From assembly GCF_963576615.1 (NCBI RefSeq), contig NC_088716.1:43495910-43559909 (forward strand): a DNA stretch of 64,000 nt. The letters are read 5' to 3'. A model generated the notes under the pieces. That model did not search any database. It was not told where the DNA came from and saw nothing but the letters and a program-made list of their open reading frames with translations. Made by a program: the position numbers and the translations under genes. This DNA comes from Watersipora subatra (lineage: Eukaryota). Within the stretch, counting starts at the first letter, position 1, and each line of letters opens with the position of its first letter. Shown in pieces: positions 24,722-37,559 of this stretch.

Positions 24722-25976
24722 TCACTCAATCACTTTCACCTCACTCTTCGACTCCATCTCAGAATGGAATGAGAGACTGAGATAGGATACGTTAGAGTAC
24801 TGTTCAGTTCGAGGTAGTGGTAATGCAGATGCCATACCTGCTGCTGAAGATACCCCACCTTGGGGTGGTAGCGCAGATGACACTCCTCGAGGCAGTAGTG
24901 GAGGTGCTACCGCTGCAAATGCATTTGCTTGAGATAGTAGCGGTGGTGGTGGTGGTGCTTCAGATGTCATAGCTTGAGACGATGATGGTGCTGCTGAAGA
25001 TACCCCACCTTGAGGTGTTGGTGCAGATGACAATACCCTGCCTTGAGGTGTTGATGCAAATGACCCTACCGTGCCTTGAGGTGGCAGTGGAGGTGGTATC
25101 GCAGCAAATGCATTTGCTCGAGATGGTAGTGGTGGTGGTGCTTCAGATGTCACACCTTGGGGCGATGATGGTGCTAGTGAAAATACCCTGTCTTGAGGTG
25201 GTGGTGCAGATGGCACTACTCGAGGTGGTAGTGGTGGTGGGGCGGCTCCAAATAGCATACCTTGAGTTTGCAGTGATGCTGATGCCCTATATTGAGGCCG
25301 TGCCATGGCAATGCGACAGGTTTGTCCGTAGTTTTCTACTGGGGAGTTTGGTACTGGGGATGATTTATTGGACACTTGAGAATCAAATCCGGCATCTTTT
25401 ATCTGGTTAGTTACAGAGATATCATCATCGAAACGTGCTGAGGATTGAGAAGTCATGAAGGATTTTATAGAAGATGAAGTTCGTACCTGAGGACTAAAGC
25501 CAGTCGTTTTTGAAGACCTTTTTTTCATTACTCTGCTAGGAGACAGTTTAACAGGCAAATCTAGTCCCTGGATTAACAGAGGTGCTGCTGAAGTCTTAGC
25601 ACCAAATGATTCAGACTGCTTCGCAAGATTGCACAGCTTTTGTGCAGACATTGGCAATGTGGTTTCAGACTCTTGAGTCATTCCAAAATTCTCCTCCGTA
25701 CCTCTTGTACTCGGCAGCGAATCTGTGGAGTTCATGTGAACATTTTCGTCATCCTTTGACACTGCTGAAAGAGCAGAGACACTTGAAAGGTTTGATAAAA
25801 AGTTTAGTCTAGGTCTAAACTTCTTAGCTGATCTAGGCAGAGAATATCTGGCAGAAGTTGGTGAATATTTTGGAGAAGTTGAAACATGAGCCGCTTCAAG
25901 GTCACCAGGAGGAAGTGGGAAAGAGAGAGATGAACTGAGAGGTTGAGACATTGAAGAGGTGCTCTGCATCCCATAA
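24722..25976 (-). CDS. Large proline-rich coding exon, paralogous copy B (~418 codons). It has a Ser/Thr-rich N-terminal part, followed by repeated PPPLPP / APPPQ / SSAPTPQGGVSS motifs resembling an FH1- or WASP-like proline-rich tract, and ends EMESKSEVKVIE followed by TGA.
   Basis: ORF 24722..25987 (-), whose 'M' is a TTG. Minus-strand acceptor 'tttgaatttag|GTTATGGGATG' at 25977/25976. The TGA forms part of 'ATTGA|gtgagt', so it may alternatively be a splice donor. It is immediately followed by the 38-bp tandem array. Confidence 0.55.
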
Positions 25977-27924
25977 CCTAAATTCAAACAGTACTTTTAT
26001 CATCCCAAGATCATTCAATCAAGTAGGCTTGCATACAATAGATTTTGCTAGAGTGAATGATGGTAATCAGTAACCTTAGCACAACCCATTGCCTTTAAAT
26101 GTAGCCATGCAATAATTAAATACTGTTTTTAAGGAAGTCTTCAAAAAATCACAATGTAATGACTTATTTTAATTTTGTCTTAAAAATGTTAAACGATGTA
26201 TTGTAAAAGAATTATAAAAACAAGTTTAATATACACTGGTATAGTTTAACTCAAAGTCCTTATCAATATATGGTAGAATCAATCAACTAAGCAGGCTCTA
26301 AAAATCTGTTGACGCTCGCTAACACTCTTAGGAGAAATTATAATAATTTAGTTAATTACTTTTTGTGTTTTTTTGTGTTTTATGTTTTTGTGTTTATATG
26401 TTTGTGTTGATTTTTGTGTTTACTATAGTATTTCGGGTTTCTGTAAACTGACAGCCAAGCTAAAATTTATTAAATCCAATCTCTATCTAAAAATCAGCAA
26501 GTCTTATTATCTTATACATGTACTCCAACTATAATATATTATGGCAAGACAAAGCGTAGTTCTTAATTGATTAAAATACACTAGTGTGCTTGTGCCTTTG
26601 CACGCATTTTGAGTTTTAAAGAACACTTTGCTAATCCATACAGTGCAACCTCAGGTTACAATTTTTATCCATTACAGAGTTGGCATCGTATGGGGAGAAA
26701 ATCGTATAGAGAGGTATAGAAAGCATAGTAATTATATAATGCGAACATCCCCTGCTAAAAATCATCAAAACTTTATACAAGTATACTGTACAAATTAAAA
26801 ATTAGCAACAATGTAGTAGATTAACTTTGGTGCCTATAGTTATCTACATCAACTTTAGTATATTTAGAGTATTTATTGGTTATAATCTGCATTAAAATGT
26901 AACATTGGAATGCGCTATGAGCAGTACATACCGTAGAAGGTTCTTACCTTCAAGACAGACAGATGTATAACATAGACTTTTAATTCATTTTAAATGAGTT
27001 TAGCTTACTAAACACATATTTAAAGCTAAGTTTTTGTATGTATTTTTAAACTATTTTATTGAATTTCAACTTTTCACTACTAAAATTTTATCACCTATCG
27101 GTTTCTGGCTCTGTTTTCAGTGTAACTTTTAGTCGACTTGATTAAAACCTTTTTAATCTAATTCGCCAGGAAGCCTGAGCTATGCTGTTCTCGAAGATGT
27201 TCTGTTTAATATCTAATGAAGTGGATTTTTGTTAGCAGGTTAAAAGAAGTTGCCTGACCACTGAACTTCCGTTTGAAGGGACTGCAAGTCTAACTTTGCT
27301 ACTGGTTTTTAAGGGAAAATATTAGTATTTTTCACATGAAAAATGCTGAACTGAGAGAAATTCTAGACTAATTGTCTAGAACTAGCCTAGAACAAACAGC
27401 ATCAGTAACTAAAATCTAGCTGCAACAGATCAAACATCTGACTCTAACCACATTCTCAGACAGGTTTCAAGGGTAGTTAAGGTGAATAGGGCAATTTGAC
27501 TCGGTGCTTCCTGAATGAACACATTTTGAACAAACTTAAGCGTCCAGGAAGAGGGCTGGCAAATATATTATAAAACATCTCAAAACATACGCAATTAAGA
27601 ACAGATTTTGTTGCTTTCTACGCAGCATTAAGAAAAAAGGTAAAGACTTGCATTATGATGGAGTGATATTGTCTTTCCGTTCATTGAACTTGCCTGAAAG
27701 ATTATCCAAACCAATATTATAAAAGTCATTGAGTTCAAACATTCAGTAAACTGGCAATAAATTCTTCTTGAAACTCCAGAAAAAACAATTGACAGCAACT
27801 TATTATTTTATCAATAGTTGGGAATGTCTAAAAAATGCTATGCATACAAAAATCTACTGTATACTACATAGTACAGAAAGTGCAATTCTGGTGGGTAACT
27901 GTAATTTACATGTATATGGCTTTA

Positions 27925-28305
27925 CTGTTATTATTATTATTATTATATTATATGGCTTTACTATTATTATTACTATTATATGGCTTTACTATTATTATTA
28001 TATTATATGGCTTTACTACTATTATTACTATTATATTATATGGCTTTAGGGGCCTACTATTATTATTATATTATATGGCTTTACTATTATTATTATATTA
28101 TATGGCTTTACTACTATTATTACTATTATATTATATGGCTTTACTACTATTATTATTATATTATATGGCTTTACTATTATTATTATATTATATGGCTTTA
28201 CTACTATTATTACTATTATATTATATGGCTTTACTATTATTATTATATTATATGGCTTTACTATTATTATTACTATTATATTATATGGTTTTACTATTAT
28301 TCAAC
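27925..28305. repeat. Expansion of ~50-bp units (tatatggctttactattattattat-like), present only in copy B.
   Basis: The copy A ortholog (17790-17815) has a single unit. Produces the artefactual poly-Leu/Tyr ORFs 27768..28315. Confidence 0.85.
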
Positions 28306-29406
28306 TAGCCCTTAATAATGCCTGTGAGATAATGCCTGCAGCTTGTTCCAAGCTGAATAAATTTTAGCTTGGCTTTCAGTTTACAGAAACCCGAAATACT
28401 ATAGTAAATACAAAAACCAACACAAACATATAAACACAAAAACATAAAACACAAAAGATAATTAACTAAATTATTATAATTTCTCCTAAGAATGTTAGCG
28501 AGCATCAACAGATTTTTAGAGCCTGCTTAGTTGATAGACTAGTTCTCTAGAACTAGTCTCTAAGTTCTAGAGAACTAAGAGACTGTATCGCGTCTCTTTC
28601 ATGCATGGTGAGAATGTTTTCGGTGAGCAGCATTTTGGCGTCTTCGTTATTTCCATGTACGTAATAAGCATACTGACTGCCAAATTTTAATCCAAGCAAA
28701 AAATTTGTTGAATTGGTATGGTGAAATAAGATTCGTATGGCGAGGCAGAAAAATAATCATGTTCCAGTTCGTCAGGTGTAAACTCATATAACAGGGTAAT
28801 CGTATCCTGAGGGTGCCAATGATATCTGTATTAACAAATCCCACACTTTCATCATAAGTCTGTCTGTTAGTCCGTGTAGGTATCATGTTTCCACATTCTT
28901 GGCTGATTTCATCCAAACTTCACACGCATATGTGACAGGTGACATATGTGACAGGTGACATATGTGACAGGTGACATATGTGACAGGTGACATATGTGAC
29001 AGGTGACATATGTGACAGGACATATCATTATCAATACAAATGAGGTCAGATAACAAATTATTTTACAGCCCTATGTAACAGAAAAATTTCTCAGCTTTTC
29101 AATACTGTTTTCGGAATTGGAAATAGTGCCATCGGTGCACAATTGAAAAGGTGCCGTTAGTCAATATGGTCAACATCAAAAAAACTGAGAAATTTGTTTC
29201 CAAAAAAGATGGATTGGATTTTAAATAGTATCATCTATTTATGTTTAGGGAGGTCATTTCAACCGCACCCTACGAGCATTACATTTTTATGAATGTTAGA
29301 AATGGCTTGGCTTCACACAAGTTTAAGCCACATTGTTAATTAGACTTTGAGAGGCTATCGTGCACTATATGAAATGCCTCATTTGTATTGAAAATTATAC
29401 GACCTG

Positions 29407-29914
29407 CATACATGCCAAGTCTCCCGGTTTGGCCGGGACCCTCCAGTTTTTTAAGTCAGTCTCCCTTTTGCACAAAATCTCCCGTTTTCCTCCAGCTTTT
29501 TCAAATAAAAGTAGTGGTTTAATTTTTTTCTTTGCCGTTCTCCTTTTGTTTACTAGTTGTGAGCCCTCATCATCATACAAAGTTAGCAACAATGAAACAG
29601 ATCGCTATTAAACCGTATGTTTGCCATAAAACCTGGGCTATTTAGATTTAGCAACATTGATGTCTAACGATTTGCTCTACAGTTTTTCATCAATAAACAA
29701 AGATTATACATGGAGCTGTGACATATCGTTGGCAAACGACCATGACCTCACATTGATAGTAGAGTACCTGAACATTAAATAAAATCGTGAAAGGGCCTCC
29801 TATGTAAGTACCAATGAAGAAAAAAAACTTCACAAAGAAATCTAGGCTTCAGATTCAACTACTACATTTACCGTCAATCTCATGCTTTTTTTTCTCAACT
29901 ACTTGGCAAGTATG
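29407..29914. mobile_element. Non-autonomous hAT-like MITE (508 bp) with 14-bp TIRs (catacatgccaagt ... acttggcaagtatg) and a perfect 8-bp TSD, acgacctg.
   Basis: TSD at 29399-29406 and 29915-29922. An empty site in paralogous copy A (~20235, 'gatacgacctgtcacat') carries a single acgacctg. An 8-bp TSD is characteristic of hAT elements. There is no transposase ORF. Confidence 0.75.
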
Positions 29915-31929
29915 ACGACCTGTCACATGTGCTTCGTGCCCTCTACCAGGTCGCTAAAAGTATTTAGTTTCAAAACTCAGTCTGGTTCCTGGAAACCGTC
30001 TGGCCAAAGAAAGTCAGTCTGGTTCCTGGGTACTGTCCTATCAAACACCCACCTGCAGGCTATCTGACTGATAATGAAAGAAATTCTGAGCATAAGCGGG
30101 TCGACTGCTACAGTAAGCCAGAAGGTAATCGATAAGTGCAGGTAATACAGTGTCAGACTGCTAGGCTGAATGTCATGAGTTCGAATCCCGCGCAAAACAA
30201 ACTTTTATGAAGATGATAGAAGAACTTGAATTATTGACTGTATTATGTATTCAGTGTGACGATTTTAAGCAAAATTAGAAGATAGTCAGAGTTTTGTAAG
30301 TAATAAACTGTCTTCCTGCTTAGCAGAATATCTTTACTAGCCTAGGACACTTTTGCATTCGCGTCATCTAACTTTCAAATTTTCGCGGAGTCATTCATCT
30401 CGCGAAAATTTCATGAGCGAAACTAAACTATCATAACGAACGAGCGAAAACGCGAACTTAAATAGCTTTGTTCATTGATATCCACAAGAAAATCATCTAA
30501 TTAGAAATGCAGGTAACCTTTGTGTGTGGTTGGGCTCGTTGGGCAATTTCTGCTAAACTCATTATAGCTAATACGCCGACTGAGCAGCGTGGCAAAGCAA
30601 ATTGAGATAACAAGTTCTTTTGGAAAAGCAGGCCTGTATTCTCTGGTTGCAAATTGGGGCAGCTAATGTTAGGCGACTAGTTATGAGCATCTGGGGGTTT
30701 GGAGGGGCTGTATCAGCCCCCTCAACAGGTTTCTTTCATGTAGGGCCTCAACCGGGCATCTCACGTAAAGTTTTAAAATATTTTATCGGAAAGTATAAAC
30801 ATTGTTTCTTTAATTTGAGATTTGTTTGTTTTAGGTGATGTGACTGCTAGGACGTTTTCAGATTAAAACAGGCTAAGCTTGACCGCAGTTAAAACGCTCA
30901 GAAAAAAGACATCTTTTTTCTTTTGAGTGTTTCAACAAAGATCAATTTTGCCGATTTTATTTTTAGTTCATCCAAAGGTTTTTACGCTTTCGTTGGGCCA
31001 TTGCCAAATAGATGTTTGGTAAAACTTGACCTTTTGCAAACCTTTATAAAAGTCGTTAACAAAAATATTTTGCCAATCATGATAATAATGACGCCCAAGA
31101 ACTGTTAAAAGTTAACGTTTATCTCTATGGCTTGGAATAAAGTGATATTCTACAGCGATAAAAACCGTTCCCGTTAGACAAATAACTGTTCGAGTTAATG
31201 ATGTTGAGGTCGAATTATCTAAAGCACTTTATCATTACATGGGAACAGACCACAGAAATCCATTCGTGTTAACCAAGTGTTCGTGATAAAATTTTACATT
31301 CTATCCGAAGGCGAGTTCTCCGAGTTTGACTATACTTAGCCGCCAAAAATTCCTAAAAAGTTGGGGCGGCTCAGCCGGCCAGCTGTCCCAGGGAATACGG
31401 GCCTGTGGAAAAGCCAAGACAAATGAAGAAGATGATGATATTAGTTTAGTCACTGAATTTGTAACTGATGCGGATGAAAGTCTGGTAGGGAAAGTCATAA
31501 AATTGAATAATAATTATTGTAGCGATGAATTTTATTACCAACCAAAAACAATAACAACCTTGAGCCATGGCCACCACGTGCTATAAATACTTGAGATATA
31601 ATATTGGTGCCACATCAGCCACGGCGGGCAAGGGCAATGACCTAGACGTCATTGATAGTCCAAGAAACATATAGTAGCAAGCGATCAAATTGCATTGTTG
31701 ATCTCGCCCACACATTTCTACCCGCAATTCACAAATACAAACTAGTCTCAAATTGAAAAATTCTTTTACTAGTGAACTGGACCTGAGGAATCCAATTATG
31801 TTTGTTCTACTGCATTTATTTTCACATCCCTATATCTTCGCACTCATCAGATCCGCGAAATTAAGTTGTAGCGAAATTTTACTCTGTATGCTACTCACGA
31901 AAATAAATACTAGCGAAATATAAAGTGTC

Positions 31930-34900
31930 CGGGATATAATAGGAGTGGTACCCGTGATGTTAAAAATTATTGCGTGAGGAATGAGTTATATGAGCTGACT
32001 ACCAGAGGTCCATCCATTACCTTCGGCATATTTAATGTGAAAATGTAGGCCCACTCCGAGCAGTGCCTGGCTCGATTCGCAGTCTTGGAACTTTCATTTT
32101 CCATATAAAAGCGCCACAAGAACGCGCCTTTCTTGTTAAATCGCTTAAATGTCACTATTAGAATAAACACACCTTGAAGCCAGAATTGGGCACAAAAACT
32201 TAATGAACAATAAAATTATATACAGTAGTAAAACTTACTTCTAGTTGTATCATGTTCCCTTGATCGACCTTTAAGCTTTAGGATTTTTTTAATTAACTTG
32301 TTTGAAAAATAAAGTTTGAAATAGCTGAAATGTTCAATACCCAATATAAAATTATAAATCACATCATGTAATCTTTCACAAAAAAAAGAAAATTGATTGT
32401 TAACCAATCTAAATCAAGTAGCAAAACATGGTCTGGGCAGATACGGCTCTAAACGTTTAAACAGGACCAATAAAGTTAGGTGTCAACAAGACTAGATATT
32501 AAGTGAGATAGACAAAAAAAATTTGAGTTCACCTCATTGACATCATTTGTTTAAACAACAGTTAGGGTCAAGGACTTTTGTTAAATAAAGCATTAGAATG
32601 TTTACTGATTGTCACATGGAGCTACGAGAATCCATGGAATATGAAAGGGCAGCCAGAAACTTTATAAAAAGTTGTCTGAAGAGGGAAAAGGTCATCTAGA
32701 GAGGAATTGCTCATTCCTAACATTAAATAATAAAACTAGTTCATTCAATGGCTGACTTGGCAGCCATTGAATAAATAATTTGGTAAATGATTTATTTACC
32801 AAATAAAAATATACAATTAGACTGATATAAGAGTAAATACTTATAACATGAGGTCATGTGATTGAGCAGCTCTTTGTGCTCACTGATTGGCTGGCAGTCA
32901 CACTACTTATTTTAATCTAAACCATCAGTAGGCCTGGTGACTGCTTCGAATGTTTCCTTATTAAAGAATAGAGAAAGCATAATATTATTATGCTTTATTA
33001 GTTATCTTCAGGTGTTGACTGATGTTCTAAAAAAAGAATCAAGGAGATTGACCCACTAGAAGCTGAGATATAGCCAGCCAAACACAGGTCTACCTAATAA
33101 AGAATCAGAGGAAAACCCTTCGAAAATCCCGAAAACTGTGACGTATAAAATCGACTTAATGTTCATGTGCCGGAGTTGCGCACCCTTACCGCCGTTACGT
33201 ATAATGATTGTTTTGGCTACGAGATGTGAAACGCTTCTCGCGATAGTAAATAATTTACAGACTAGCTCTGGTTTCTCAGGAAAATCAAGCAAACATTGTG
33301 TGGTAAAGGCATTTACCCACAACCCCTCGCTGTGATTTTTCAAAACAGAAGAGCATATTTTGACTATTGTGCTTCAAATTTTAACTCGGTCTCCACGGAT
33401 ATGCTCCGAAGATCCTCTGTTCAACTAACGGCGCGTGTATGGTCTATATGCGACATCCGCGATTGCAGTTTGTTTAGAATAAGAAATGGGAATGTGAATT
33501 TTTGTTCATTCATCATTTTTCTACTGTGTATCTACTGCAGCATTTAGTTGATTTTCATTATTATCGTCACTATTAACAGACTGTAAGTTCACCACGGCCA
33601 TAATCTTAAAAAGAATAACTTGACCGTGCTGCTCTTGCTGTAAGAAAAGAAAACGATAATTTTTGATTTGATTTTTCTATTGATCTATTATCTTATCTAT
33701 GATTATTTTTTATGATTGATATAATAATCATAATGCATATTATACAAAATAATAATATAACTGCGTATAGAATAAATGATGTAGGCTAACTAATATAATT
33801 TGTAAAAAGTGATAGCAGAATGTTGCGAAATAATAGATGCGTGTAATTATTTTATTCTAAAACTAATCTACACGTCAGAGGGACTGGTTCGGAATTCTCA
33901 GAGCAATGATCGTTAGGCCCAATTTGATTGTTCTATACTTCCAGGGTTTAAACCAATTAAAACGCCGTGATTGTTATAGGAGAGCGCATTAGTTGGCTTA
34001 ATTGACCAATAGCACACAAGTCGATTTCATACGTCATATATCGATGATTACCAAAACACTTATGTTTTTTGGTAGACCTGTGTTTGGCTGGCTATATCTC
34101 AGCTTCTGCTTGGTCAATCTCCTTGATTCTTTTTTTAGAACATCAGTCAACACCTCAAGATAAATAATAAAGCATAATAATATTATGCTTTCTCTATTCT
34201 TTAATCAGATACCCTAAAGGTGAGTGTTTAGGAAGCTGGTTCATAGGAACCAGATGGAGTTTTGAGACCAAATACTTTAGTGACCTGACTAAATAAAAGA
34301 GTATATGCCGGTGAAGTTTGGAAAACATCAGCCAGTAAACATCCACAATCTTTTCAAGAATATGATAATGACAATGAATAAAGAAGTACTCTGGACAAAA
34401 ACTGAACGAACCTGCCGCAGGTGCTGATCGCCGTGCCTTAGGAGGAGCATCCCAGCGCCGATCCACTAAATAGTAAGAAGACATGTTAGATGAGTCAAAT
34501 TATTACACAGAAGTAATTATACTCTACTAAATATAATTAGACTAACATAAAAGTAATACATGATACCGACAGCAAAGACAGTGGCTTTATAAACACATGA
34601 ATGATGCTATAACTAGGTGGTAATAGCCTTAGGACCTCGATAGAGTCAGGTAATAATCATGTATATGATGATCACTCTCTCTTACGCTACAGATATCGAA
34701 TACCGATGAGTATTCGAGCAACAATAACTCAAGCTGACATTTCGGTGAAGAGTTAGTTTATTGGTTGGCTATGTGCCAAAGCTTAAGTTTATCCAAATCC
34801 TTAACAAACAAACACAACTCCCTTTCCCCATCAGCTTCTATCATGCATAAAGTTGTGTAATCAAGCAGATTATCTTTATGTCCACCAATCACCTGACTGC

Positions 34901-35340
34901 TGCCCCTACTCACTTCAATCTAACAATCACCTGACTGTTGCCCCAACTCACTTCAATCTAACAATCCCCTGACTGTTGCCCCAACTCACTTCAATCTAAC
35001 AATCACCTGACTGTTACCCCAACTCACTTCAATCTAACAATCACCTGACTGCTGCCCCAACTCACTTCAATCTGTTAATCACGTGGCTGCCTGGCTTTAT
35101 GCCTGCTATGATTGATGTGTTCTATTTACATAATGTAGGAATGAAAGGGTTGACAGGAACCTAATACAGGGTCAAGATGTGACAGTAAATATCTTAAAAT
35201 CTAAAATATCTAACAATTTCCCCATTCAAGTATTTAGACGCTAAAATTCCCACATCAAGTTTTTTGCCACAACCTTTACCAAGCTGAAGATCTTTGAGAT
35301 TCATGCAGGTGTTTTTGTATGAAACACACTACGTTGTTAT
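31930..35340 (+). repeat. Composite interspersed repeat, copy 2, interrupted by a nested TIR element and 3'-truncated at ~35340.
   Basis: Collinear with copy 1, except for the insertion at 32960-34205. Confidence 0.75.
32960..34205. mobile_element. Nested non-autonomous TIR element (~1.25 kb) with ~130-bp terminal inverted repeats.
   Basis: 32960-33095 is the reverse complement of 34070-34205 ('ttaaagaatagagaaagcataatattat...ccaaacacaggtctacc'). The element is absent at the homologous point in copy 1 (21775 'ttccttatcaatcagatacc') and copy 3 (40868). Its internal ORFs show no transposase motifs. Confidence 0.7.
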
Positions 35341-37559
35341 TGGAGCATATATAGGTAAGCCCTTTTATTATGGGAAACACAGAATTTCAGAACCTCCTAT
35401 TAAGATTTGACTGAAAACATACTGTAACGTGTAAGTTTACAACAAAATTCTTTATTTTCAGAATTTTCACATTTTATGCTATCATAAACTGCAATATAAA
35501 GAATATTAACTTGAAAACGACATTTAAATAAATGTTTTGCTGGCTGGTGGGGTTGCGACCTAGTGCATCCAGAAGTATCATTCAGTTTTATTGTTGTTGT
35601 TCTCTGTATAGAGATAAAATATAATTCTAAAATGCTCTCCAATTAAAATGAGACAACTTTTGTTACAGTTAAAACATAATTCGCAAGCATTTTAATCTTC
35701 AAACACCAGTTTTACCGTTACGAACACTTTCAAAATAGCGTCACGCTAGTCATTAAAATTTGTGATGATAGTACTAGGCTCGCTTGCAAAAATTATTATA
35801 ATTACATCACTACTCCATCCAGACAAACTTTTAGTAAAATAGAAAATTTGACACTTTCAGCCATTTTTACAATAATAACACAGGCATTGCAAAAAAATTT
35901 CATCACAGATATGACATTCTAATTCAACTATGATTATCACGCCATCAGCGCTAATTTAAAATTGTTCTGATCTCCAACTTCAACAATGAATAAAAGCTTG
36001 TTTGTTTTATACTTTATTTGAAAAATGGATCATACAGATAATTGTAAAAGAGATATTTGTAAATTGCTTCCTTTTAGTTTTAATAACAGAGACTAACCTG
36101 ATGCTTTTTTAAATCTAGTAATACTGATGAGGGACTGTATGAGCATTTAATCGTCTCAGTCGTTACTCTTTAATGTATAACTAAATTTCTGTTAGCGAGT
36201 TGCGATAAGAACAAACATCTAGACTGGTAGTAAATTATCATTTAAAATAAAGTTTTACATAATATACTATAAACTAGGTGCTTGTCTTGCGCTAATGATT
36301 AGATTAATTCGCTTTTAAAATATTTTTGTCAGTTGTTATTTCTTCTAAACAACGATCATGAATAGATAGGTAAATAGTAAGATAGTAAATAATGATTAAA
36401 TTAAATTAAATTAGGCTCAGATTACAACTGCTGTTAGTAAATATTTATTGCCCCATAATCTATAAATTATTTATTGTTATCGTTTCAAATGTTAGTTATC
36501 AACAATTTAATCAGTCACAAGAAGAGTTACTAATTTTTAGTTTGTGGAATTGGTAAAAAAACATATTTACATATCATTCATTGAATATAAATAGCTTTAT
36601 TGCCTGCAGAGTCTGTATATTGATGCAATTTTATTTGAATTAAAACTCTTCTAATTTTATAATAAATATGGTGTTAATTTCTAAACATCAACTAAACAAT
36701 AAGGTTTCACTTAGATCGGTTTAAGAATAAAGCACTATAATAGCTATGTAGGCTATGATGTATAATAAGCTACTACTCCAACTAAAATATATCATTTCAA
36801 ATAACTCTTTAAGAAGACTGCCATCTAAATTGACAGAAGGCAAGAGTTATCAAAAGCTTCGCAAAGAGCAGGAAGAATAAGCCAAGAACGACAGTCAGTT
36901 GTGTCATAACTATTAATACAATATGACTGAGAAGAGACAAGCTATGAGAGATGAAGTATTCAAAACACCGTAACAATGTACTATATTCCTGCAAGTCAGT
37001 ACACACAGGGTGTCACATCACACTGTGCTACCGAGTTCATTAGTGTCTTATGACTATCATGGTGTCTTTTTGTCACATGCATTTGCATCCCAATGAGACG
37101 CCACACAATCGTCAATATATAATGGACTAACTGGCCGATTTTAAACTTTTTTGAAGTTTTAAATAGATAAGATGTTGTATTATGACATATTAAAATTAGA
37201 GAATGTTTAAAAAACTTTGAAAAATGCACCAAAAATTTTCTGCAAGAATCTCATAATAGAAAATCTTACACATGTGTTACAACATAAAGTTAATAAATAC
37301 CTTCAACTTAATAGACAGTTACAGATATTTAACAGAAGAGTCAGTATCATCAAACAATTAGATTCATCCTATCAAATTTAAACATACCAACAAACTATTT
37401 AACAGGTTTTTAACATGTTATGTTTTTAACAGGTTACGAGATGTTAACAATACATACCATTAAGTTCTTCATATTCCTCTTCAAATTCATTCATTGAGTC
37501 CCCCCAATAGGTATCACACACTTTCATGGCTGGAGAGACAGATATATAATAAGTATATA

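Larger units (their letters stand above)
24720..30310. repeat. Segmental duplication, copy B, in module order Pro-(IR)-X-Y-(IR)-Z, containing a hAT-like MITE and a satellite expansion.
   Basis: See copy A. 26280-26470 is the reverse complement of 28350-28530, forming an inverted repeat that flanks modules X and Y. Confidence 0.8.

Noticed and set aside
27768-28315. Poly-Leu/Tyr ORFs (MALLLLLYYMALLLL...).
   Set aside because: They come from a (tattattat/tatggctttac) microsatellite expansion present only in duplication copy B.
33056-33547. Small ORFs inside the nested TIR element (95, 65 and 83 aa).
   Set aside because: They show no transposase or other recognisable motifs and have AT-rich low-complexity context. 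The element is treated as non-autonomous.
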